Assembly (NCBI GenBank): GCA_964409335.1
Contig: CAYPCW010000005.1
Location: 6,820 to 70,819, forward strand
From: an uncultured bacterium
GTDB lineage: Bacteria; Fidelibacterota; Marinisomatia; SCGC-AAA003-L08; JACNLC01
DNA: 64,000 bases
Direction of reading: 5' to 3'
Below are positions 1 to 8,500 of this stretch, in pieces. Numbering within the stretch: position 1 is the first letter of the stretch; every line of letters starts with the position of its first letter. The position numbers and the translations under genes are program-made. Under the pieces are notes generated by a model. That model was not told the origin of the DNA and searched no databases. It saw only the letters and a program-made list of their open reading frames with translations.

Positions 1-1236
1 ATCCAGTTGGAAAAAGACCACTGACCTGACGGGGATATTTTCATAGCAGGTTCTTGCCAGATCCCGGATACATTGATCGGAATTCAATTCATCCTGAGAC
101 CCTTCGCTGCAATTTATCATCATCGAATAAGTGGCAAGTTTAAATTTATCCAGGACTTCATTTTTCCAGCGGTTTTCGGTTAAAGCAATCTCATCGGACG
201 TGTCCCGCAGTACAAACAAAAACAGTGGTTTCTCATCTGATTTCATATTCAGCTTTGAAGCCGAGACATAACATTGGCTGAATTCAGATTCCCCTCTTCT
301 GATATTCATGAGAATGTTCGAAAACCCGCCGGGTTTGGTCAGGTGCTGATGTATGACGTTCCATTCATCTTCAGCGACAACGGATCGGACGCTGAACGGG
401 ACCGTTTGAGTATCATCGGCAGGATATTTAAAAAATTCAATTCCTGCATGGTTAATATCAAAGACATTACCCATAATATCCGCAGTAAATATCGTAAATG
501 GAGCGTTTTCAAAAATGCCTCTGAATTTATTTTCGCTGGCACGAAATTCTTCGGTCCGCTGCTCTACTAATTTTTCCAGGTCTGTCGAATAGGTTTTCAG
601 ACGCAATATCATCGGCATGGAGACCTGCCGGAATACCAGCGCCGTCCCCACCAGAATTATCAATGAAATGGCCAAAATAATTATTCCTGACCGGATAAAA
701 GGGGTACGCACATTCCTAAGGTCAATCTTGCTGACAATTCCCAGGTTCAACACTTTAACGGGTTCATACGCGGCGAGCACAAGGGTTCCTTCATGATCCC
801 TGCCGACCATCTTTCCGGAAAGCCCTTTAGCCGCTAATTGTACAGGGGTATCCGTACCGGAAGACAAAGGGATTGATGCGGGTACTCCCGGGTGGGTCTG
901 CGTATGACTGAACATAATCCGGATAGTGTCACCATCCAGACGCGCAAGAACAATTTCATTCCTGATATCCGAATCAACGATCCTGCTATAATAGTTTTCA
1001 AAGATTTGACGAATCAGGAGGAGTGTGGTTTCACTCTGATGATCAGAACTTTTTAATATCTCATGTTTCGCAATGATCTCAAGTGTACCTGCCTGGATCC
1101 GCACAGATTCCTGCAATTGTGCCAGATTCTCTTTGATAGCAGTTTGGTACATCTGGTGGATCGCTATCGCTACGGCGATCATGGCAACCGTACCCATCAA
1201 AACAACCAAAAGGAATAGTTTTAGTTTATCTGCCAA
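1..1236 (-). CDS. membrane sensor protein, N-terminal part (TM, Cache-like extracytoplasmic domain, TM, PAS); output domain lies outside the window
   Basis: Absent from the ORF track because it runs off the window edge. My minus-strand translation from TTG at 1236 (TAG just upstream; alternative ATG at 1197) stays open to base 1 (412 codons). It shows TM LFLLVVLMGTVAMIAVAIAI, a ~170-aa outside segment ending in Cache-like GTLVLAAYEPVKVLNLGIVSKID, and a second TM IIILAISLIILVGTALVF. A coiled linker follows, then PAS-like FRGIFENAPFTIFTADIMGNVFDINHAGIEFF. Confidence 0.6.
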   Translation of the reverse strand, partial: MADKLKLFLLVVLMGTVAMIAVAIAIHQMYQTAIKENLAQLQESVRIQAGTLEIIAKHEILKSSDHQSETTLLLIRQIFENYYSRIVDSDIRNEIVLARLDGDTIRIMFSHTQTHPGVPASIPLSSGTDTPVQLAAKGLSGKMVGRDHEGTLVLAAYEPVKVLNLGIVSKIDLRNVRTPFIRSGIIILAISLIILVGTALVFRQVSMPMILRLKTYSTDLEKLVEQRTEEFRASENKFRGIFENAPFTIFTADIMGNVFDINHAGIEFFKYPADDTQTVPFSVRSVVAEDEWNVIHQHLTKPGGFSNILMNIRRGESEFSQCYVSASKLNMKSDEKPLFLFVLRDTSDEIALTENRWKNEVLDKFKLATYSMMINCSEGSQDELNSDQCIRDLARTCYENIPVRSVVFFQLD

Positions 1237-1423
1237 AATGATCTATGCTCTCGTTTTTAAATTTTGAAAGATAGTTAATTTACAACGTGTAATATTAATT
1301 ACTTCGATGAAATGAAATCTTTAAATTATAATCCCTTTAATGGGTATGGCGCTTTTGAATTTACCGGGATCATACCCTGTGAGATAAGGCGGGTATCTCT
1401 CAAGCGGAGGCAGGTTTCGCCCG

Positions 1424-1540
1424 TCAGGGTTTTTCCCTTTTCCTGCGGGCTTTGTTTTCTTTGGTTCTCACGATACCGAGATAACTCAACAGGACACCCC
1501 AGACCGCAACGATCACCGCAATAAAATATCCTTTAAACAT
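1424..1540 (-). CDS. ccmD: CcmD-like small membrane protein (38 aa)
   Basis: Hand translation gives MFKGYFIAVIVAVWGVLLSYLGIVRTKENKARRKREKP, a single TM with a basic tail. Its ATG overlaps the ccmC stop (ATGTTTAA), and it occupies the usual ccmD position after ccmC. It is too short for the ORF track. Confidence 0.5.
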   Translation of the reverse strand: MFKGYFIAVIVAVWGVLLSYLGIVRTKENKARRKREKP

Positions 1541-2207
1541 GAGTTTCCTCCAAATTTTTTAATTCAAGCGTGGCGACGTGCACCCGGTATTTGTACATAT
1601 TGATCAGGATCAGCGTAAATGTAAACAGCGAAAAAAGAAAAATCTTCAGGACCGTGGATGAATGAGCGGACATATCCCTTTGGGGATGGGATTGTACCTG
1701 TGGCGCCCAGAAATCCACCGCAAAATAAATGAGTGGAATATCGACGGCTGCCAGAATCCCCAACACGGCTGCATATCGGCTGGAACGTTCATAGGGTCCG
1801 CCGAACTCCCGGATCATGAAATATCCCACGTACACTAAGAACAGAATCAGGGTGGTGGTAAGTCTGGGCTCCCATGTCCATGCCTCTCCCCAGATCGGTT
1901 TCGCCCAGATGGGTCCCGTTATCAGGATCAGCAGACAGAATACGGTGCCGGTTTCTGCGGCGGATAATGCATATATATCCCATTTTGGTTTCCGGGTCAC
2001 CAGATACGCGATGCTGAACGCCAAAACCCCCATATATCCCAGAAATGCGTTCCACGCCAGGGGAACATGGTAGTAGAATATACGTTGCGCCCATTCCTGC
2101 TCCGGGATCAAAGGCGCCACGAAAATAATCAGCCACAGGCCGGTCAGGACCATCGCCAAAGTCACGAGTGCCAGTGCGACATTCCCTTTATGATTGAAAT
2201 AGTCCAT
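1533..2207 (-). CDS. ccmC: heme exporter protein CcmC
   Basis: 224-aa polytopic membrane protein with the Trp-rich heme-handling motif WGEAWTWEPRLTTTL and conserved flanking His residues. Located in the ccm operon. Confidence 0.9.
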   Translation of the reverse strand: MDYFNHKGNVALALVTLAMVLTGLWLIIFVAPLIPEQEWAQRIFYYHVPLAWNAFLGYMGVLAFSIAYLVTRKPKWDIYALSAAETGTVFCLLILITGPIWAKPIWGEAWTWEPRLTTTLILFLVYVGYFMIREFGGPYERSSRYAAVLGILAAVDIPLIYFAVDFWAPQVQSHPQRDMSAHSSTVLKIFLFSLFTFTLILINMYKYRVHVATLELKNLEETHV

Positions 2208-2872
2208 TATTCCTCCGAAATTGCACCAAAAGTTAAATATCCGGTCGCTGAAAACACGACGGCGAAAGTAAACAGGATCATCATCCAGAAATTTGTACCC
2301 GAAAGGTTTTGCCCGGAAACGATCGTATGGGTCACTTTGGTTGCGGCAATCAACACCGGCGACATTAATGGAAACATCAGCACCGGCACCAGAACTTCAC
2401 CCATCCGCGTCCGCAAACCCATCCCGGATATCATGATCCCCACCGCGGCGATCGCCCAATCTGTAACCATGACCAATCCCACAAACATCAGTGGGTATGC
2501 GGAAATATCTAAATTGAGAAACAGCATAAACAAGGGTAGAATAAAGAGTTGTGCGAACAACAGAAAAATCCAGAATGCAAACAGTTTACCGAGATAAATA
2601 CTTCCCCGGTCTACCGGAGATGATAGTAATGCAGCATAGGCATCCATCTCTTTTTCGGCTGAAAAACTTCGCAACAGTCCCAGGATGGAAATGAACAGGA
2701 AGGTCATCCACATGAGTCCGGGCAAAAACCGGGCAAATTCTGCGGGCGTCGCATTGAAAGCAAAAGAAAAAAGAAGGATTACCGATGTACCGAAGACCAC
2801 CATGGAGATGATGGATTCTTTCGCCCGTATCTCATGGTAAAGTTCTTTTTTTACCAGGTGGATCAGGGTCAT
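2207..2872 (-). CDS. ccmB: heme exporter permease CcmB
   Basis: 221-aa six-TM protein of typical CcmB length and layout, between ccmA and ccmC, with start/stop overlaps on both sides. Confidence 0.85.
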   Translation of the reverse strand: MTLIHLVKKELYHEIRAKESIISMVVFGTSVILLFSFAFNATPAEFARFLPGLMWMTFLFISILGLLRSFSAEKEMDAYAALLSSPVDRGSIYLGKLFAFWIFLLFAQLFILPLFMLFLNLDISAYPLMFVGLVMVTDWAIAAVGIMISGMGLRTRMGEVLVPVLMFPLMSPVLIAATKVTHTIVSGQNLSGTNFWMMILFTFAVVFSATGYLTFGAISEE

Positions 2873-3585
2873 TTTATTCTTCCCAAAAAATGGTACATGT
2901 CAGCGGCTTTCGGGGAAAAAATCTGCTGATCCACCACCCCATCGCGGATACACAGAGCGGTATCTGCCCAGGTTTCCGCCCACGTAATATCGTGAGTAGA
3001 AAATAACAATACTCTGCCCGCCCGTTTCCATTTATCCATGAGATGGTTCAGGTGATCAAGACCGTCCACATCCAGGGCAGACGTGGGTTCATCCATCAGA
3101 GCGAGGGTCCAGTCTGACAATATCATCCTGATCATAGTCAGGCGTTGAAGCATCCCGGCGCTGTAGATCCGCACCGGGTCATATCGCTGCCGGATCAGCC
3201 CGAAACGTTCAAGCTGGTTCTCGATCTGTGAGTCTGGCAGTTTTTGATTTCGAATGGACAGAAAAAATCTGATATTCTCAATTCCTGAAAAGGCGGGGTA
3301 AAACAAGGATTGGTGTGACCAGTAGATCAATTGATTCCGGTGGGTGAAATTTTCGGTAAATAAAGGCATCTCCATCAATTGTGCGTTGCCGGAATCGGGA
3401 CGCATGATGCCGGCCAGTGTCTTCAGAAGGGTGGTTTTCCCTACGCCATTGGGTCCGATCAACACGGATGCAGACGCCTCTGACAGTTGAAAGGAAATAT
3501 CCCTCAGTATTTTTTGATGATGGAAAGATTTTGCGATGTGTTGAACAGACAGGATCACAGAATCCGAAGCCTGGGTATGGAACAA
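2869..3585 (-). CDS. ccmA: heme exporter ATP-binding protein CcmA
   Basis: ABC ATPase with Walker A GPNGVGKTT, signature-like YSAGMLQRL and Walker B LALMDEPTSALD. Located in the ccm operon. Confidence 0.85.
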   Translation of the reverse strand: MFHTQASDSVILSVQHIAKSFHHQKILRDISFQLSEASASVLIGPNGVGKTTLLKTLAGIMRPDSGNAQLMEMPLFTENFTHRNQLIYWSHQSLFYPAFSGIENIRFFLSIRNQKLPDSQIENQLERFGLIRQRYDPVRIYSAGMLQRLTMIRMILSDWTLALMDEPTSALDVDGLDHLNHLMDKWKRAGRVLLFSTHDITWAETWADTALCIRDGVVDQQIFSPKAADMYHFLGRIK

Positions 3586-3591
3586 AGCGGA

Positions 3592-4047
3592 TTAAATGAT
3601 TTTCACGCCACACCCTGAACAGAATTTTGCACCGGGTGTGATGTCCTCACCGCAGGTTCCACAGCGGGGTTTTTCCAGGGATTGCCCGCAATGTCCGCAA
3701 AATTTATCCTCAGGGCTCACGGGTTGGCTGCACCGGGCACACATTGTTGAACCATCGACGGGAGTCTTTTTCTGCATGGCGGTCGTTTTCTGCGGCTTGA
3801 GCAACTCGCCCACTTCTTCCACCAGCTCGCTGCGGATACGGTGAAAATCTTCTTCGGTGGTAATTCCCATTTCCCGCTCAAACTCCACCTCGCGGATCTG
3901 CCTCAGGAGAGAAATTTTCTGGAGTTCCTGTGCGCTGGGTGTGGTGTCCGGTACCAGATAAGAACCATCGGATGAGGATAAAAATGGTTTAACGATGAAG
4001 TAGGTGGAAATCACGAATAAAACAAATAATATTATAGGTGCGGTCAT
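3592..4047 (-). CDS. CcmI N-terminal-like membrane protein fused to a C-terminal double zinc ribbon
   Basis: N-terminal TM APIILFVLFVISTYFIV. A charged helical segment LLRQIREVEFEREMGITTEEDFHRIRSELVEE resembles the CcmI/CycH N-terminal module. The C-terminus carries four CxxC pairs (CARC..CGHC..CGTC..CSGC). Its start overlaps the stop of the upstream ccmH-like gene by 4 nt. Confidence 0.5.
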   Translation of the reverse strand: MTAPIILFVLFVISTYFIVKPFLSSSDGSYLVPDTTPSAQELQKISLLRQIREVEFEREMGITTEEDFHRIRSELVEEVGELLKPQKTTAMQKKTPVDGSTMCARCSQPVSPEDKFCGHCGQSLEKPRCGTCGEDITPGAKFCSGCGVKII

Positions 4048-4670
4048 AAATTCAGATCCTTCATTTCCTGTTCAATCCTTTTTTCCAGATCAGAGGATTC
4101 GGGAGACCCTGTTCTGATGGGATGAGCGGTAACCGGCTTATGAATATAGGACCGGATAATCAGTATAATTAACAAAGCTCCCAATATGAGCAGCGCAGCG
4201 GGCATTTTCCAGGCGAGGTGACCGATCCCGCTATGTTTGGGCATTGACCGGATATTCCCGTCATGTATCCAGGCAAAATAATCGGCGATTTCATCTACAG
4301 TCATATCCGGGTGGATGGCAGTCTCCGAATATTTCAATATTTCCTGCAAGGGCTGCCGGGCAGGTGAAAATCCCATCCGGTAGATCCCGGAATTGCTGTA
4401 GGTATCCTTCACGAGAGCCAAAATTTCCGGTTTATCAAAGGGATCGGAAGTGAGGGCATCCATGATCATTTTCATGTTGATGGTGTGCTGATTGTCGTCA
4501 TGTTCTGCCAATGTTCCACCGCCACAACAGGGCGCCATCAGGATATTTTCAAGTTCTTTTTGCCGGTCCGATTTAAACTGACCCTGAACAACCGTGATCA
4601 GCAGTGACATGGTCATTACCATGAGCAGACTGATACTTGTTATTTTATTACGATTCATTTTACTCTCCAA
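4044..4670 (-). CDS. divergent CcmH-like cytochrome c biogenesis protein (CC instead of CXXC)
   Basis: Signal/TM start. KELENILMAPCCGGGTLAEHD aligns by eye with the CcmH LRCxxC region. EIADYFAWIHDGNIRSMP followed by TM AALLILGALLIILII resembles the CcmH C-terminal block. Located between ccmF and ccmA. Confidence 0.55.
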   Translation of the reverse strand: MESKMNRNKITSISLLMVMTMSLLITVVQGQFKSDRQKELENILMAPCCGGGTLAEHDDNQHTINMKMIMDALTSDPFDKPEILALVKDTYSNSGIYRMGFSPARQPLQEILKYSETAIHPDMTVDEIADYFAWIHDGNIRSMPKHSGIGHLAWKMPAALLILGALLIILIIRSYIHKPVTAHPIRTGSPESSDLEKRIEQEMKDLNL

Positions 4671-4701
4671 ATTGATTCAATTGGATAGATCTGTTTTTCT
4701 G

Positions 4702-6687
4702 TTAGCGTGTCTTTTTTTTGAAAAATGCTTCCACATTTATACTGATCAGGGTGCCGAACAGCAATACCAGCGTACCCAGCCAAACCCAGGTGACCATGGG
4801 ATTGATACGTACTTTCAGGGTTGCGCGGCCAGTATCCAGATCAACATCGCCCAATACTACATAAAAATCTTCATTCAGGGTTGTGATCAGTGCTACATCT
4901 GAATGCGGTTGATTGTTCTGGTCGGTATAAAATCTTTTTTCGGGTTTCATGTCACTGTAATGACGGCCGTCGCGGTTTACATCAAGGGCTATTACTTTAG
5001 CCACGTGATTTGAGCGTTTGCCGGGATTGGTTTCGGGCGTCTCAAACCAGTAATCCTGGTAAACAATTTCATAATTCCGAAGGGTTTGCACTTCTCCGGG
5101 CATCATGGATAGATCGGCTTCTTTATCGAATGCTTTACCGGTAAATCCCGCAAACATCATGATTATGGCAATATGAACCACGTATCCGCCATATCGGGTG
5201 CGGTTTTTATCCACCATGGATAACAGCGCTTTGAAATAGTTTTCGCCGGTGATCCTCCTTCGGGCTTTGATTCCCCGGTAAAATTCCATGACAATGGTCG
5301 CCAGAACGAACATGATCAGCGCAGCAGATAATAAGGGATAGACGATCCGGATTTTAAAGACGACACCAAAGATAGCCGCAGCAAGCAGACCGGTCACCAC
5401 CGGCCATAAAAAGTTGCGCTTCAGACTTCGCGGGGATGTTTTTCGCCAGGCCAACAGGGGTCCGATCCCGGTGAGCGCCAGTAAAAGCAATCCAAGAGGG
5501 ATCATGATTCTGTTAAAATACGGAGAACCCACAGTGATTTTATCTCCGGAGACGGCTTCCGAAAAAATGGGATACATTGTTCCCCACAACACCGTCAGCA
5601 TCATCGCCACGAACAGCATATTGTTAAATAGAAAGCCGCTCTCCCGGCTGACGAAAGATTCCAGGCGGTTATCGGATTTCAATTGATCCTTTCGGAGAAT
5701 GAGTAAAAAGATATTCACCGCGATGATGACAATGATAAATCCAAAAAACCAGATTCCCAGATCAGTGGCGGCAAAGGCATGAACGGAGGAAACTACGCCG
5801 CTGCGGGTCAGATAGGTTCCAAAAATGGTCAGGGTAAAGGTGAGCATGATCAGGATCATGTTCCATAGCCGGAGCATATTTTTCTTATCCTGGATCAGGA
5901 CGGAATGCAGATATGCCGTTCCCGTCAGCCACGGGAGAAGGGATGCATTTTCCACCGGATCCCATGCCCAGTATCCGCCCCAGCCCAGTTCCATATACGC
6001 CCATTTTCCCCCCATAATGATGGCGATGCTGAGGAATGTCCAGGTCATCAGCGTCCATCTTCTGGTGGTTTGGATCCATACCGCATCCAGGTTTTTAGTG
6101 ATGATGGCGGCCATGGCAAAGGCGAAGGGCACGGAGAAGCCGATAAATCCCAGGTATAACATGGGGGGGTGGAGCAGCATCGCCCAGTGCTGCAACAGTG
6201 GATTCAAGCCGCGGCCACTCACGACCATCCCCGCCGTGACAGGCGCAAAGGGATTTTCAAAAAAGTTTGACATCGTCAGAAAGAAAAACTGGATGATCCC
6301 CATCGTGATGAGCACCCACGGAATGAGCTTTCGGTGCTGATTTCGGTTTTGAATAATGACAAAAACAAAATAAACAGAAAGGATCGTCAGCCAGAATAAC
6401 AGCGATCCCTCCATGCCTGCCCACAAACCGGAAAATTTGAACATTGCCGGTGTTTCTGCACTGGTATATTTTGCTACATACTCGATATCGAAGTTACTCA
6501 CCATCAATTCATGGATCAGTACCACTGCTGAGATAATGATCAACAGAGAGGATGATATAAATGCCACCTTGCCTGATCGTAAAAATCGTTCATCCCTGTT
6601 CCACAGATGCAGACCAACAATGATCAGTCCGTAGATGGTAAAAATGTAGGAAAGCGTCAGAAGAGAATTACCCAGTAGTGCGTACAT
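4702..6687 (-). CDS. ccmF: cytochrome c heme lyase subunit CcmF
   Basis: 661-aa polytopic membrane protein with the Trp-rich motif WGGYWAWDPVENASLLPWL and conserved His residues. Confidence 0.92.
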   Translation of the reverse strand: MYALLGNSLLTLSYIFTIYGLIIVGLHLWNRDERFLRSGKVAFISSSLLIIISAVVLIHELMVSNFDIEYVAKYTSAETPAMFKFSGLWAGMEGSLLFWLTILSVYFVFVIIQNRNQHRKLIPWVLITMGIIQFFFLTMSNFFENPFAPVTAGMVVSGRGLNPLLQHWAMLLHPPMLYLGFIGFSVPFAFAMAAIITKNLDAVWIQTTRRWTLMTWTFLSIAIIMGGKWAYMELGWGGYWAWDPVENASLLPWLTGTAYLHSVLIQDKKNMLRLWNMILIMLTFTLTIFGTYLTRSGVVSSVHAFAATDLGIWFFGFIIVIIAVNIFLLILRKDQLKSDNRLESFVSRESGFLFNNMLFVAMMLTVLWGTMYPIFSEAVSGDKITVGSPYFNRIMIPLGLLLLALTGIGPLLAWRKTSPRSLKRNFLWPVVTGLLAAAIFGVVFKIRIVYPLLSAALIMFVLATIVMEFYRGIKARRRITGENYFKALLSMVDKNRTRYGGYVVHIAIIMMFAGFTGKAFDKEADLSMMPGEVQTLRNYEIVYQDYWFETPETNPGKRSNHVAKVIALDVNRDGRHYSDMKPEKRFYTDQNNQPHSDVALITTLNEDFYVVLGDVDLDTGRATLKVRINPMVTWVWLGTLVLLFGTLISINVEAFFKKKTR

Positions 6688-6690
6688 TCC

Positions 6691-7104
6691 CTATCCTTCT
6701 GTAATGGGTTTATAATTGGCTTCTTCTTCGTAGCGGGATGCACATTTTGTCATCAGATTATCTGCCTGGAAAACGCCCTCACGATATTTTCCTTCGACGA
6801 TAACTTCGGCTTCGTCCTTAAACAGGTCGGGTATTTCCGCACTGGTATAGGTCACCGGCAGCCGGTCATCCCCCTGCCGAAGCACAAAACTGACGGTCAG
6901 TTTGTCATCGGAAAAGGATATTGAACCCTCGTCCACATTCCCGCCCATGCGAAACCGGGATTGGGTGTATCGACTATGATTATCAATCAAGTCGCCCACA
7001 GAAATAAACGGCACTTCTCCGGACTCAAATTCAAGCGATATCCAGCCCACGACAAGTAATGCAAACAACCCAATTACAATTGCGAATTTCTTTTGAAAGC
7101 TCAT
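6691..7104 (-). CDS. ccmE: heme chaperone CcmE, CXXXY variant
   Basis: 137 aa with an N-terminal TM. RFRMGGNVDEGSI and IPDLFKDEAEVIVEGKY match the CcmE OB-fold blocks. The C-terminal NLMTKCASRY replaces the canonical LAKHDENY. Confidence 0.85.
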   Translation of the reverse strand: MSFQKKFAIVIGLFALLVVGWISLEFESGEVPFISVGDLIDNHSRYTQSRFRMGGNVDEGSISFSDDKLTVSFVLRQGDDRLPVTYTSAEIPDLFKDEAEVIVEGKYREGVFQADNLMTKCASRYEEEANYKPITEG

Positions 7105-7219
7105 GAATCTTTTAATTCCTTATCTTTAAATGGTACGAAATTTACCACTTACTTTTGAAAATCTCTTTCATATAACAGCGGATGCGGGTCCGTCTCTGAT
7201 GGGGGTTGAGGATTTGCTT

Positions 7220-7966
7220 TTATCTTCGGTCCCGGAGTTTCGCCAACAGACGGAGGATCTCCAGATATAACCAGACAAGCGTGACCATCAAACCAAATGC
7301 CGCATACCACTCCATAAATTTAGGTACGCCCGATGACGCGCCTTTTTCAATAAAATCAAAATCCAGCACCAGATTCATGGCGGCGATGACCACCACAAAG
7401 AGGCTGAATCCGATACCGAACATCCCGCTGGAATGGATAAATGACAACGGTATCCCGAAAAATCCGAGAATAAAGGAAGCGACATAGACCATCGCAATGC
7501 CACCGGTAGCCGCAACGACGCCCAATCTGAAATTATCCGTGACTTTAATCAGGCCGGACTTATACGCGAACAACAGGCTCATCAAAATAAAAAAGGTCAG
7601 TGAGACAGCCTGAACCACGATACCGGGATACTGAGCCTCAAATATGGCGGAAATTCCACCCAGCATGAATCCCTCTAAAATAGCGTACATAGGCGCCGTG
7701 ATCATTGCCCACTGTTTTTTGAATACGGTAACCATCGCCACCACGAACCCGCCAATACCGCCAATAACCAGACCGGGCAGAACCGCCGCCGGATCGCCGC
7801 TGTCAAAGAAACGGCTCCACATCCAACCGGCAGGAAACAGGGCCAGGACCAGCATTAAAAATGTCTTATTGACTGTGCCGTTGATGGTCATCGTCCCGGA
7901 TGCAGTGGAATATCCGGAAAAATCTTTAAACGTTTTATCGTTCAGTGCAGGATTTGAGGTTCTCAT
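7220..7966 (-). CDS. Bax inhibitor-1/YccA family membrane protein
   Basis: Typical start MRTSNPALN followed by seven hydrophobic segments. I prefer the ATG at 7966 over the track start at 8002. Confidence 0.8.
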   Translation of the reverse strand: MRTSNPALNDKTFKDFSGYSTASGTMTINGTVNKTFLMLVLALFPAGWMWSRFFDSGDPAAVLPGLVIGGIGGFVVAMVTVFKKQWAMITAPMYAILEGFMLGGISAIFEAQYPGIVVQAVSLTFFILMSLLFAYKSGLIKVTDNFRLGVVAATGGIAMVYVASFILGFFGIPLSFIHSSGMFGIGFSLFVVVIAAMNLVLDFDFIEKGASSGVPKFMEWYAAFGLMVTLVWLYLEILRLLAKLRDRR

Positions 7967-8500
7967 TTGATCTCCATTGCGTTTAAGGGAACTCTCACAC
8001 ATTTTCTATGCAATTGTTTCAGATTATTTTACGTTATTCATTCCAACATGGGTACATCGAATTCTTTAATATAACTATCTCAAAGAATGTCAACCCAACG
8101 TTCGTGCGATAGGGACTTGCGCCATCAAAGAACGTTCGAAAAGCCTGTTTGCTAAAAGCGCCTGTACTGCAGCGCTTCGCACGGTAAATTTCTCTTCGGG
8201 ACAGAATATGTCTCACTGAGGGTTTTCAAAATTTAGGGATTGGCCGGTTTACAGCGAACACCAGACCGTTCTACACGATTCGCAAATCTTGTTCAAAATT
8301 TTGTCAGACGGTTCATTACCTGACATGCGATATCACATTTATTCTGTACTTAATATTTTAGAAAATATATCCGTCATCCCCGTGAACCGGATGACACCCC
8401 ATTGATAATCCCTTCGGCGCAGCCCCTCCCCGATACACAGGAGAAACGGTTTAGGCAAATGCCGGCAGACAAATGGAAAATCCGGCGGTTGTCTGGCGCC

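Noticed and set aside
1312-1524. 70-aa plus-strand ORF
   Set aside because: It overlaps the ccmD-like gene on the other strand and the ccm operon terminus. It has no motif support.
5414-6634. Several plus-strand ORFs of 64-171 aa (e.g. 5825-6340) inside ccmF, and similar antisense ORFs inside lptD-like, dnaE, glyQS and the amidohydrolase gene
   Set aside because: They lie fully inside strongly supported genes on the opposite strand. Their translations are low-complexity with no motifs. They are shadow frames.
8034-8216. 60-aa minus-strand ORF
   Set aside because: It is Arg/Phe-rich with no motif, RBS or coupling, and sits in a region better explained as structured noncoding sequence.
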